Shown: positions 51,511 through 60,498, numbered from the stretch's first letter. The stretch: 64,000 nt of DNA from Betaproteobacteria bacterium (GCA_031362885.1 JANLTJ010000025.1:19021-83020); one strand, 5' to 3'. The notes: generated from the sequence alone by a model not told the origin. Numbers and translations are program-made.

Positions 51511-52605
51511 TCAGATGGGCATGGCTGGGTCGTCCTCACCCCACGCGAGTATGGCACCGCAACCGCGCGTTTCGTAAAGATCAATCCGATCCAATTGAGG
51601 AAGAACAGGTCCGACCTTGTTCTTTATCCAGCGTGCGAGGCTTGCCGGGTCGTTATCCTCGAGCCCGGCAAGTTCATGCAGCGGCCGATGATCGAGTTCC
51701 AGGAAGGTCGGTCCAAACAGTTCCTTCACGTCACCGAAATCGATTGTCCAACCCATGATCTGGTCTATCGGTGCATTCAAGTGCAATCGAAGTGAATAGG
51801 TGTGCCCGTGAATCCGTCGACGCGGATCTTCGTCGGGCGCGCGTTTCAGTCTAAGCGAACTATCGAGGCTCAGTTCTTTCCAAATGCGGTAGCGCCGGCC
51901 ATCGAAGTGCGCTCCGCAGGTGGCCGTTTCGTAGACTGTCACCCACGATAACTCGGGCAAAGTCGGCTTGAGTCGATTCCAGATCCAGCTTCCGATCAAT
52001 TCGCTAGTCGGGTTTTCGAGACCAGGGATGTCGTTAAGGCACGCCTCGTGAAACTCGGCATGAATCGGCGCCCAACTCTCGTCCAGGCGATCGTAGTCGA
52101 GCCCGATATCTCTTTTGCCTAAATCGACATTGGCGTGGAGGATGACTTCAAATCCGTGACCATGCATGCGTCCACACTTGTGGTGTGTCGGCACGTTCGG
52201 GAGTCGATGCGCCGATTCAAAAATGTAGCGCCGCCAGATGTGCGCCTGCTCATTCCGATCAAGATCCACGCCTTCATGCAAAGTGCTCTGAATGCCGATT
52301 TGCTCAACTCCTGGAAGTTCAAACTGCGTCCGCACCCAACGCGCGAGATTCTCATCCGTGGGTTGATTGAGCCTGTCATTCAGAAATTGGTAATCGAGCG
52401 GCGCGATGCATCGGGCAAGCTTTTCGCGAAGCTCGCCAACCTCACCCCCAGGGAATGTCGCCCAGCCGGACGGCAATCCTACCCGGATTTTCGCAAGAAA
52501 ACTGTGCCCATGCAGGCGTCTAGATCGATGACCTTCGGGAAGTACTGAAACTTGCCGAGCGGCCTCGAATGCTGCCGCCGCCACGTACAGAAGACGTTCG
52601 TTCAA
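51511..52605 (-). CDS. queD: triple-tandem PTPS/QueD (6-carboxytetrahydropterin synthase) fusion protein
   Basis: 364 aa made of three ~120-aa T-fold repeats. Only the middle repeat keeps the full catalytic signature (ESAHRL...[11 protein letters not shown]). Repeats 1 (EAARQV...SRRLHGHSF) and 3 (SSLRL...RRRIHGHTY) lack the Cys and the first His. ATGA overlap with queC. Confidence 0.85.
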   Translation of the reverse strand: MNERLLYVAAAAFEAARQVSVLPEGHRSRRLHGHSFLAKIRVGLPSGWATFPGGEVGELREKLARCIAPLDYQFLNDRLNQPTDENLARWVRTQFELPGVEQIGIQSTLHEGVDLDRNEQAHIWRRYIFESAHRLPNVPTHHKCGRMHGHGFEVILHANVDLGKRDIGLDYDRLDESWAPIHAEFHEACLNDIPGLENPTSELIGSWIWNRLKPTLPELSWVTVYETATCGAHFDGRRYRIWKELSLDSSLRLKRAPDEDPRRRIHGHTYSLRLHLNAPIDQIMGWTIDFGDVKELFGPTFLELDHRPLHELAGLEDNDPASLARWIKNKVGPVLPQLDRIDLYETRGCGAILAWGEDDPAMPI

Positions 52606-53312
52606 GCCGCCGTCCTTCCGAAACGCTCAGTGAGAGGGTCTGCCTTGCCCAGCTCGGCAAAGCCTTTGTTTCGGAGGATGCAGGAGTCGCATCTGCCGCA
52701 CGGCTCGCCATTCGGGCCAGGATCGTAACAACTGCTCGTGAGCGCGTAGTCAGTCGCTAGCTCTAGGCCGGTCTTGATGATTTCCGCCTTGGTCATCCTA
52801 ATAAGCGGGGTGTGAATCTTCAGTTGTTGTGATCTTTCAACCCCGGTTTTCGCCGCCAGGTTCGCCATTCGCTCATAGGCTTCGATGTACTCCGGACGAC
52901 AATCGGGGTAGCCACTGTAATCGAGCGCATTGACCCCGATGAAGATGTCACTCACTCCCAGCACCTCCGCCCAAGCAAGTGCATAGCTCAGAAAAATTGT
53001 GTTGCGGGCCGGCACATACGTTACCGGTATCCCATGATACATCTCGGCCACCGGACGGTCCTTCGGCACCCCGATATCGCTGGTCAGTGCCGACCCGCCA
53101 AAAGCGCGCAGGTAGATTTCAATGACGATGTGCTTCGCCACGCTCATTCGCGCCGCAATATCTCGCGCCTTTTCTATCTCGACCTTGTGTCGCTGACCAT
53201 ACCGAAAGCTCATGGCATAAGTCTAGAACCCCTCTTTGCGTGCAATCGCAAGGACCGTGGTTGAGTCAACCCCGCCACTCAACAAAACGACCGCTTTCTT
53301 ATTCAGAATCAT
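52602..53312 (-). pseudogene. queC: 7-cyano-7-deazaguanine synthase with in-frame TAG at codon 30
   Basis: From ATG 53312: MILNKKAVVLLSGGVDSTTVLAIARKEGF, then TAG (53223-53225), then [12 protein letters not shown]. It continues into an otherwise intact QueC with the C-terminal Zn cluster C..C..C..R. The stop replaces the usually acidic residue before the .YA.SF.YGQRH block. Confidence 0.85.
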
Positions 53313-53536
53313 GAGGCACTCTTCGAGTTAGGTAGTTGCTTGCGAGCTTCCATCCACATGGAAAACTCGACTTCCAAGAGGTCACGCGGTTTGAAAGCCT
53401 CCCGGAATCGATTCTGCAAGTTCAAGTAAACGCCGTAGTCATCAAGCCGGCTCCATGCAACCGCCAAGCGGGGAAGCTCCAAATAGGCCAAGCTAGCCAG
53501 AATGATATTGTCGAGGGGCAAGTGCACATGTCGGAT

Positions 53537-53638
53537 GGTTTCGCATCCGGTCTCAATATTTCGTCGTTCGGGGAAGGCAACGATGGCGAACTCTACATCG
53601 TGCATTACGGTGGCGAGCCCTATCGGATAAGCCCCTAG
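53537..53638 (+). pseudogene. C-terminal remnant of a PQQ-dependent sugar dehydrogenase
   Basis: GFASGLNISSFGEGNDGELYIVHYGGEPYRISP-stop, compared with the end of the intact 57527 gene (RASGLSISSFAQANDGELYVVDYGGEIYRISP-stop). Confidence 0.8.
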
Positions 53639-53651
53639 TCCCCGGGCCTGC

Positions 53652-55289
53652 CTAATTCAAGGCGTCTCTTACAAAGGAACCGAGCGCACCGGAAAGGCGG
53701 GAGAGGCCGAATCGCGCGGAGAGCAGGCCACGCGAGTTTCTTCTGACAGGAGCAGCGGACCGGTTTTTACTCGCCTGATCGAGCAAGCCGTCGATCAGCG
53801 GAAGAATTTCATCGAAGCTCTGGTAGCGGTCCCCCGGGTCCGGAGCGAGCATTCCCGCAATCATCTGCTTGAGTTCTTTGGGCAGTGACCGGAATGACGA
53901 ATTCTGGATGAGATGGCCTTTGTTCTCGGTCGGGGTCGCGCCGGTGAGCATTTCGGAGAAAATCATCCCTGCGGAAAAAATATCTGAGCGCACCGACTTC
54001 GGCTCATCGGCAACGCCGTACCAGTTTCCCTCTCCTGCATTCCCGGCGTAATGCTCATCTAGGCCGATGTCCGAGAGCTTCGCGTGACCATCGGCGCACA
54101 TCAGTATATTGGTGGGGCGCAGATTGCCGTGGATGATCCGGTTCTTGTGCAGGAAGGAAAGGCCATCGCAGATTTCGCGCGCCGTGGTCAACACCTGTTC
54201 CCATGGACGCAGGTTCGCGAGGCGGTCCTTCAGGCTGCCCCCGGAGAGGTACTCCATCACGATGATCGATGTTGCGCCGCTGCTCGCGGTGCCGTAGACA
54301 TCCACAACGTGAGGGTGCTTGATATTGGCTAGAAGTTTCGCATGCGACAAAACAGGTTTGGCACTGAAGATTTTCTTGATGACCAGGATCTGGCGGGCCG
54401 CCCGGTTCTCGAACAAATAGACGGCACCGAAGCGGTGTTCCCTGATGACATCGAGCAGGCCGAACTTTTCGGTCAGGGTCTTGAAGCCCTCGACTGCCTG
54501 CGCTTTCTGCTCCTGGCGGATATGTGCGCCTTGGAGAAATGCGAGCAAGGCGTCCTTGACGGCGTCGGCGCTGGCGAATCGATCGGCGGGAGCGGTGCGC
54601 AGGCAGTTGACGATGATTTCGTCCAAGCGCCGCGGAACTGCCGGATCGATGGACGAGGGCAGCACGCCGATGACCGGCTTTCTCCCGGTAAAGAGCTCGT
54701 ACATCACCACACCCAATGAGTAAATATCGCTCGCCATGGTGACGCCACCGGTGCCGGATTTCTGCTCTGGTGACATGTAGCTCGGGGTGCCCATCACCGG
54801 CCCGCTTGGCGCCGCGTCGTCGCCGCCGAACAAGTGGGCGATACCGAAGTCGGCGACCATGACGTTGCCTTCGCCATCGATCAGGATGTTGGCGGGCTTG
54901 ATGTCGAGGTGAATCACGCCGTTTCTGTGCGCATAGCCCAAGGCCTTGCACATCTGGACAATGACGTCCACTTTCTGCTGAAAATCGTATTTCTTTCCGG
55001 CGATGATTCTGCCCAGATCCGTGCCTTCGACGAACTCCATCACGAAATAAGGCACGCAATCGGCGATGCCGCGATCGATGACATGGATGATGTTCGGGTG
55101 GTTGAGGCGCGCGATGATGAGTGACTCGCGGTTGAAACACTCGACGACTTCCGGGTCGTCGGTCAGGGCACGGGAAAGCACCTTGATCGCCACCGTACGC
55201 CCGAGCGAACCCTGCACGCCCTTGTACACCATGGCCATGCCGCCTTCACCGATTTTCTCCACCAACTGATAATCGCCGAACTGTGCCAT
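53652..55289 (-). CDS. cytoplasmic tandem Ser/Thr kinase - pseudokinase protein
   Basis: Trimmed to ATG 55289 (MAQFGDYQLVEKIGEGGMAMVYKG). Domain 1: VAIK, HLDIKPANIL, ADFG, SPEQ. Domain 2: VIKK, HGNLRPTNIL (catalytic Asp replaced by Asn), SDIG in place of DFG. No TM segment and no PASTA, FHA or TPR modules. Confidence 0.85.
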   Translation of the reverse strand: MAQFGDYQLVEKIGEGGMAMVYKGVQGSLGRTVAIKVLSRALTDDPEVVECFNRESLIIARLNHPNIIHVIDRGIADCVPYFVMEFVEGTDLGRIIAGKKYDFQQKVDVIVQMCKALGYAHRNGVIHLDIKPANILIDGEGNVMVADFGIAHLFGGDDAAPSGPVMGTPSYMSPEQKSGTGGVTMASDIYSLGVVMYELFTGRKPVIGVLPSSIDPAVPRRLDEIIVNCLRTAPADRFASADAVKDALLAFLQGAHIRQEQKAQAVEGFKTLTEKFGLLDVIREHRFGAVYLFENRAARQILVIKKIFSAKPVLSHAKLLANIKHPHVVDVYGTASSGATSIIVMEYLSGGSLKDRLANLRPWEQVLTTAREICDGLSFLHKNRIIHGNLRPTNILMCADGHAKLSDIGLDEHYAGNAGEGNWYGVADEPKSVRSDIFSAGMIFSEMLTGATPTENKGHLIQNSSFRSLPKELKQMIAGMLAPDPGDRYQSFDEILPLIDGLLDQASKNRSAAPVRRNSRGLLSARFGLSRLSGALGSFVRDALN

Positions 55290-55509
55290 TGCCAGACCCG
55301 AAGAGTATTGCCGTTCGCAATGGCTATCGGCCCATCGGCACCGAACTTGAGGCCAATACCCGGGAAGCGCCATGACCGGCACGACCAGACGCCAACGGGC
55401 AAACACGTCCGAAGCCGGTGGATCGGGCTACCGGGCCAGATTTCATGATCCACGTCAAAGTATAGCCGCCTGATTGCGGGCATTCTGGCGGCGAATCTGT
55501 CGTCATTCC

Positions 55510-55659
55510 TGCGCGGTGACGGTCAACAGCATCCCCGACGGGCAGTTGTTCTGGATCATTCGTTTCGGTTCACCCGGCACCAGCATGTCCGCCCACGGCG
55601 AAAGCAACGACGTGCAGATCCGGCAGTTGGTGACCTGCCTGAGGCAATTGGCACGCTGA
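55510..55659 (+). pseudogene. C-terminal remnant of a c-type cytochrome (haem-binding part lost)
   Basis: CAVTVNSIPDGQLFWIIRFGSPGTSMSAHGESNDVQIRQLVTCLRQLAR, compared with CAETVNGIPDGQLFWIIRFGSPGTSMPAHDELNDSQIWQLVAYLRRLAR of the 58842 gene. Confidence 0.85.
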
Positions 55660-55725
55660 ATCTCTATGCTGGGGTGAAGCTCTTTGCTGCGTGCGTCCGG
55701 TAAACTGCAGGCCAACGGAGGTTCA

Positions 55726-56100
55726 ATGAAGAAGATTGCGATCTTTCTGCTGTTGCTGTGCGGCCCGGTTCGGGCGGAATGGACTGGCGTGGGGGAAAGC
55801 GATGCCGTCACAAGCTACGCGGACCCGGCATCAATCGTTCGCGATGGCAATCACGCTCGGATGTGGTCGCTGCGCGACCATAAGGACTTTCAGCGCATGG
55901 TCGAGATCGGGTACTTTTCGCAAAAGTCCCGGATTGAATACGACTGCGTCGAGTCGCGATCCAGGGTGCTCGGCCTTTTTCTTCACGCTAAAAAAATGGG
56001 CGTGGGGAAGGTGATCTATGACGATACGTTGCCGCATGAATGGGAGCCGGTCACGCCGGACACCATGTCGGAGGTGCTGCGCAAGTTCGCCTGCCGGTAG
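55726..56100 (+). CDS. small secreted protein, surface-adhesin-E-like family
   Basis: Trimmed to ATG 55726. MKKIAIFLLLLCGPVRA-EW signal peptide. Y.D..SI.R.G...R.W ... EYDC. Confidence 0.7.
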   Translation: MKKIAIFLLLLCGPVRAEWTGVGESDAVTSYADPASIVRDGNHARMWSLRDHKDFQRMVEIGYFSQKSRIEYDCVESRSRVLGLFLHAKKMGVGKVIYDDTLPHEWEPVTPDTMSEVLRKFACR

Positions 56101-56139
56101 ACGAAGCGACAACGAGCCTGACTTACACAATTGTCGGAT

Positions 56140-56500
56140 TCAGGTGACAGGCAGTGGCTTGCTTGCCATGAGGTAGAAGAGCAATACAACCGCCGTGAAC
56201 GCGGGAACGCCGAACGCGAACCACCAGCGGAATACACGGTGCAAGCGTGCCGACAGTGCTGCCATTGATGTGGCCCGTTGCGCTTCGCGTAGTAGCCAGA
56301 TTTGCATCGCCACCAATGGTAACCAACACGCGCCGACGAATATATATAAAACCCATACCAATATCGACCAGTCGCTGCGTCAGCAGCCAGTCGAGCAGCT
56401 TCATCAGTACTGCGCCGCTCGCCGTCTGAAACACGACTGCGGGCGCGGTCAGCCAGGCATCGGCGATCACGGTCAGGCGCAGAAACGCGCGCAGCGTCGT
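56140..56500 (-). pseudogene. DUF2269-family membrane protein, frameshifted and N-terminally truncated
   Basis: The C-terminal part (VWVLYIFVGACWLPLVAMQIW...RVFRWWFAFGVPAFTAVV) and the N-terminal part (AFLRLTVIADAWLTAPAVVFQTASGAVLM) are in different frames. The junction is near 56350-56380. Confidence 0.6.
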
Positions 56501-56517
56501 AATCTCGCCTGAGCGAA

Positions 56518-57389
56518 TTGTTGTTGCCGCTGTTGATCGGCGCACACTACCGCGAGTGGCCCGCCATCGGTCTGATTACCAGTGCCGGCTCGCTGTGCGT
56601 ATTGCTGCCGCCTTCGCTGCCGTTGATCCTGTTCGCGCTGGTGGCGAAACTGCCGCTCGAAGAAATGTTCCTCGCCGCTGTATTTCCCGGCCTGCTCATG
56701 GCCGCGCTGTTGCTCGCGCAAGCCGCGTCGATGCTCGCGCCGCGCGCGCCGCGCTATGGGACGCCAAATGTGAGCTGGCCACGCCGCTGGTTGCGATTGG
56801 CATGTTGTTCGGCGGATTCGCGACACCGGTCGAGGCCGCTGCGCTAACCGCGTTCTACGCGTTCTTCGTGACCGTTGTCGTGCACCGCGACCTGTATTTT
56901 CTGCGCGATATTGCGCGCATGTTTGCCGAATGCGGGCTGCTGGTCGGCGGCATTCTCCTGACCCTGGTTGTTGCGCCGGGGTTGACCAACATTCTGGTCG
57001 ATGCCCAGGTTCCCGACCAGGTGACCGAGTGGGTGACAGCCTACATCGAGTCGCGCTGGATTTTTCTGCTTGTGCTGACCCTTTGCCTGCTGCTGATTGG
57101 CTGCGTCATGGATATTTTTTCCGCGACCATCGTCATGGTGCCGCTGATCCTGCCGGTGGGCACCGCCTTCGACATCGATCCGCTGCATCTCGGCGTGATT
57201 TTTCTTGCCAATATGGAACTCGGTTTTCTGACTCCGCTGGTGGGGATGAACGTGTTTTTTGCCACCTACCGTTTCGGCAAACCCATGCCCGAGATGGTGC
57301 GCGCGGTGCTCCCGGCATTTGGAGTGCTGTTCGTCGGCGTGCTGCTGATTACTTATCTGCCCTGGCTCACGTCCTGGCTGCCCGGATAG
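56518..57389 (+). pseudogene. TRAP transporter large permease (DctM) fragment, 5'-truncated with a frameshift
   Basis: GLITSAGSLCVLLPPSLPLILFA...FLAAVFPGLLMA is in one frame. From about 56770, in another frame: GGFATPVEAAALTAFYAF...VMVPLILPV....IDPLHLGVIFLANMELGFLTPLVGMNVF. The first roughly 150-200 aa of a normal DctM are missing. Confidence 0.8.
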
Positions 57390-57526
57390 TTCTGACAGGA
57401 CAGCACGCGATCCCCGGTGTCCGGGTCCCTCGCGCATTTTCCTGCCGGCATGGCCTGCCTCTGAACTTCTCGCCCAGTGACGTGCCACAATAATCGTGGA
57501 CGTGCAATTTCAGGAGGGCCAGGAAC

Positions 57527-58726
57527 ATGCATTTGCAACATTTATTTCTCAGCGTGATTGCTGTTGCGGCATTGGTGCTCAGTGCCTGTAGCGGCGGACC
57601 GGATGACCCCTCAGGCGGCAGCGCAGGGTTCACGCTGCAACGGGTGTTCTCCGGCCTGCCGGCTTTCAGCAGCCCGGTTGCCATGTTTCAGGCGCCGCGC
57701 GACAGCCGCCGCTGGTTTGTCGTCGAGCAGGGCGGACAGGTGCGCGTTTTCGCCAATAGCCCGGCGGTGGCGGCAACAACGGTTTTCGTGGACATCGCGG
57801 ACCGTGTCAACTTCGGCGGCGAGCGTGGTTTGCTCGGCATGGCCATTCATCCCGATTTTCCGGCCGATCCGCGCGTTTTTCTTTTTTACTCGTTGCTCAA
57901 TACCCTGACGTCGCGGCTCTCGGAGTTCATCACCCGCGACGGCGGCCTGACACTCGACCCGGCTTCGGAGCGAGTCATACTCACGATTGTCAATCCGGAA
58001 GCCAACCACCACGGCGGTGGCATCGCCTTTGGTCCGGACGGATTTCTCTATGCCGGAATCGGCGACGGCGGTGGCAGCAACGACCAGCACGGAACCATCG
58101 GCAATGCGCAATCGCTGACGACCTTGCATGGAAAGATGGTCCGCATCGATGTCAATGGCACCAGCGGCGCGTTCCTGTATCGCATCCCGGCCGGCAATCC
58201 TTTTGCAGTCAACGCCCTGTGCGGCGTGAATGGCACCGGCACCCAGAATTGCCCGGAGATATTTGCCTTCGGGCTGCGCAATCCGTGGCGCTGGAGTTTT
58301 GATCGCCTGACTGAGCAACTCTGGGTGGCCGATGTCGGTCAGGACGCAATAGAGGAGGTCAACCGGCTTGCACTCAACGGCAATTATGGTTGGCGCTGCT
58401 TCGAGGGCACCCGCGATACGGGACTTGCGTGCGGATCTCGACCCAATCGCCTTGCCCCGGTCGCGCAGTATGGCCGCGACGTAGGTACGAGCATTACCGG
58501 CGGGTATGTGTACCGGGGTGCGGCAATTCCCAACCTGGCTGGCCGCTATGTATTCGGCGACTTCATCTCCGGCAGAATTTTCGACATTTCGGAATCCACC
58601 CAACCCACGCTGACGATAACGAACGGACGCGCGTCAGGCCTGAGTATTTCCTCATTTGCGCAAGCCAACGATGGTGAGCTTTATGTCGTGGACTATGGCG
58701 GAGAGATTTATCGGATCAGTCCGTAA
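57527..58726 (+). CDS. PQQ-dependent sugar (glucose/sorbosone) dehydrogenase, lipoprotein
   Basis: 399 aa. LSACSG lipobox, ERGLLGMAIHPDF, HHGGGIAFGPDGFLY, GLRNPWRWSFD. Confidence 0.88.
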   Translation: MHLQHLFLSVIAVAALVLSACSGGPDDPSGGSAGFTLQRVFSGLPAFSSPVAMFQAPRDSRRWFVVEQGGQVRVFANSPAVAATTVFVDIADRVNFGGERGLLGMAIHPDFPADPRVFLFYSLLNTLTSRLSEFITRDGGLTLDPASERVILTIVNPEANHHGGGIAFGPDGFLYAGIGDGGGSNDQHGTIGNAQSLTTLHGKMVRIDVNGTSGAFLYRIPAGNPFAVNALCGVNGTGTQNCPEIFAFGLRNPWRWSFDRLTEQLWVADVGQDAIEEVNRLALNGNYGWRCFEGTRDTGLACGSRPNRLAPVAQYGRDVGTSITGGYVYRGAAIPNLAGRYVFGDFISGRIFDISESTQPTLTITNGRASGLSISSFAQANDGELYVVDYGGEIYRISP

Positions 58727-58841
58727 TATGTCAGCCCCACGGCCGCTGGATACTTGATTTACATCAAAGCGGGCGAAGCCGATCGAGCCTACATTGGAAA
58801 TCCATGCAAGGTTGCCGGCATCCATGCCGGGAGGGGATTCC

Positions 58842-59291
58842 ATGCGCTCGTCCGCACGCCGCAGTTTTGCCACAGGCCTGGTGGCGTTCCTTGTGTCATC
58901 CTTCGCCCTGGCTCAACCGCCAGCCGGTGAATGCCCTCAGCCGCGATTCACCGGCAAGGCTCCCGCCGAATACTTCAGCCAGAAGAATCCATTGCCCTCC
59001 GATGCGCAGAATTTGAAAGCAGGGGAGAAACTGTTTCTCGGAAAATCGGACGGCGCCCGCTGCGCGATGTGCCATGGCAAGAAAGGCGACGGCAAAGGCC
59101 CGATGGCCGAACAATTCGTTCCGCGCCCGCGCAATTTTGCCTGTGCCGAAACGGTCAACGGAATCCCGGACGGCCAGTTGTTCTGGATCATTCGCTTCGG
59201 CTCACCGGGTACCAGCATGCCCGCACACGACGAACTCAACGACTCGCAGATCTGGCAGTTGGTCGCGTATCTTAGGCGACTGGCACGATGA
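58842..59291 (+). CDS. c-type cytochrome (class I)
   Basis: Trimmed to ATG 58842, giving a signal peptide. CAMCH haem motif. Distal Met lies in GTSMPAH. Confidence 0.85.
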   Translation: MRSSARRSFATGLVAFLVSSFALAQPPAGECPQPRFTGKAPAEYFSQKNPLPSDAQNLKAGEKLFLGKSDGARCAMCHGKKGDGKGPMAEQFVPRPRNFACAETVNGIPDGQLFWIIRFGSPGTSMPAHDELNDSQIWQLVAYLRRLAR

Positions 59292-59383
59292 ATCCGTTGA
59301 CAATGACCTTTCGCGGGTAAACAGCGCATCAGTTAACCGCTTTGCCTCGTGCTTCCGGTTAACGTCGGATCAACAAAGGTTAG

Positions 59384-59440
59384 ATGAAGAAGATCGCGAT
59401 TTTCGCGATGTCGCCATGCAGCTGCGACTGGGAGGATTAG
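59384..59440 (+). pseudogene. 18-codon remnant of an adhesin-E-like gene
   Basis: atgaagaagatcgcgattttc (MKKIAIF) matches the start of the 55726 gene, then diverges and stops. Confidence 0.6.
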
Positions 59441-60498
59441 TCCGGATCGGCCAGCGCCTGCAACACCTGACCGAAGAACTCGTCGGCGTGATCCGGGTCG
59501 ATCCAGCGCACCACCAGCACCATGCGCCGTTCAGGCTCTACCCACACGTAGTTACCCCCGGCACCAATGGCGAAATAACTCGACGCCGGCGCGCTCGGAA
59601 ACACGCGCCGCTCGCTGTTAAGCCAGGTCAGATAACCGTAAAACGGTGCGATCGCGCAGGGAGTGCACATACTGCTGATCCATTGCGACGAAATGACCTG
59701 ACGATCGCCGACCCTGCCTTGGTCCAGCATCATCTGTCCAATGCGCGCCTGGTCATGCGCGCTGATCGACAGCCCGCCGCCCCAGTGCGTCCCGCCTGGG
59801 ACGGACTGTACGTTCTTGCCGTTCAGATCGACCCACGCATTGTCGTAGCCCACCCAGCGCCAGTTGTCGCTGGCGCCTACCGGACGCGCAATCGTATCGC
59901 GGAAAACGTCCGGCAAGGGCTGCGCGAACAAATGCATAAGCGCCAGCGAAAGCTGGTTGATGCGTACATCGTTGTATTCCCAGAACGTGCCCGGCACGCG
60001 CAGTGCCCGCGCATCGCCTTTTCTGCCCGGAGCAGCGACGTTGCCCTGAACCGATAGCGTACGGTAGTGGTCTGCCTGGTCCGGAACGCCGAAAACCGTA
60101 CCTTCCCACTCGCTGGTCTGTTGCAGCAGATGCGCCCAGGTTACCTGCGCGTTGTGACTGGCATCGAAGCCAATTTCCGGTAGTCGCACGCGAACCGGCT
60201 CATCCACATCCTTGAGCAGCCCACGGTCATGCGCGATCCCGGCGAGCAATGCAAGGCAGGTTTTCGCAATACTGAATGTCAGGTCGGATCGGTCGGGTTC
60301 ACCCCAGGAGATCACGGTGCTGCCATCGAGAATGATGGTGCCGGACACCGGGCCGCGCGCATGCACAGGTCCCAGGAGCTTGTTCCAGAGCGGCGGGTCA
60401 TCGTGATGCACGCCCCACTGGCGCGTAATCTCGCGCGTCCAGGGCGTTTCATGGGCAATCGCGAACCGGATGGATGGATCGAGTTTCTGATTCGGCAC
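59437..60498 (-). CDS. serine hydrolase (beta-lactamase-related family)
   Basis: SxxK motif in TFSIAKTCLALLAGIA. The track ORF (489 aa) overlaps the divergent GMC gene. The GTG at 60498 is my best-guess start and is uncertain. Confidence 0.7.
   Translation of the reverse strand: MPNQKLDPSIRFAIAHETPWTREITRQWGVHHDDPPLWNKLLGPVHARGPVSGTIILDGSTVISWGEPDRSDLTFSIAKTCLALLAGIAHDRGLLKDVDEPVRVRLPEIGFDASHNAQVTWAHLLQQTSEWEGTVFGVPDQADHYRTLSVQGNVAAPGRKGDARALRVPGTFWEYNDVRINQLSLALMHLFAQPLPDVFRDTIARPVGASDNWRWVGYDNAWVDLNGKNVQSVPGGTHWGGGLSISAHDQARIGQMMLDQGRVGDRQVISSQWISSMCTPCAIAPFYGYLTWLNSERRVFPSAPASSYFAIGAGGNYVWVEPERRMVLVVRWIDPDHADEFFGQVLQALADPD

Noticed and set aside
50868-53312. queC-queD-queE as part of a 7-deazaguanine DNA-modification (Dpd-like) defence system, given nearby accessory genes.
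   Set aside because: No tgt/dpdA-like transglycosylase, ParB-like dpdB, or helicase genes are adjacent. queC carries a stop codon, and the trio is the ordinary preQ0 pathway set.
53313-53345. Possible preQ1 riboswitch in front of queC.
   Set aside because: Only about 30 nt are available before other features. I could not place the conserved hairpin plus A-rich tail.
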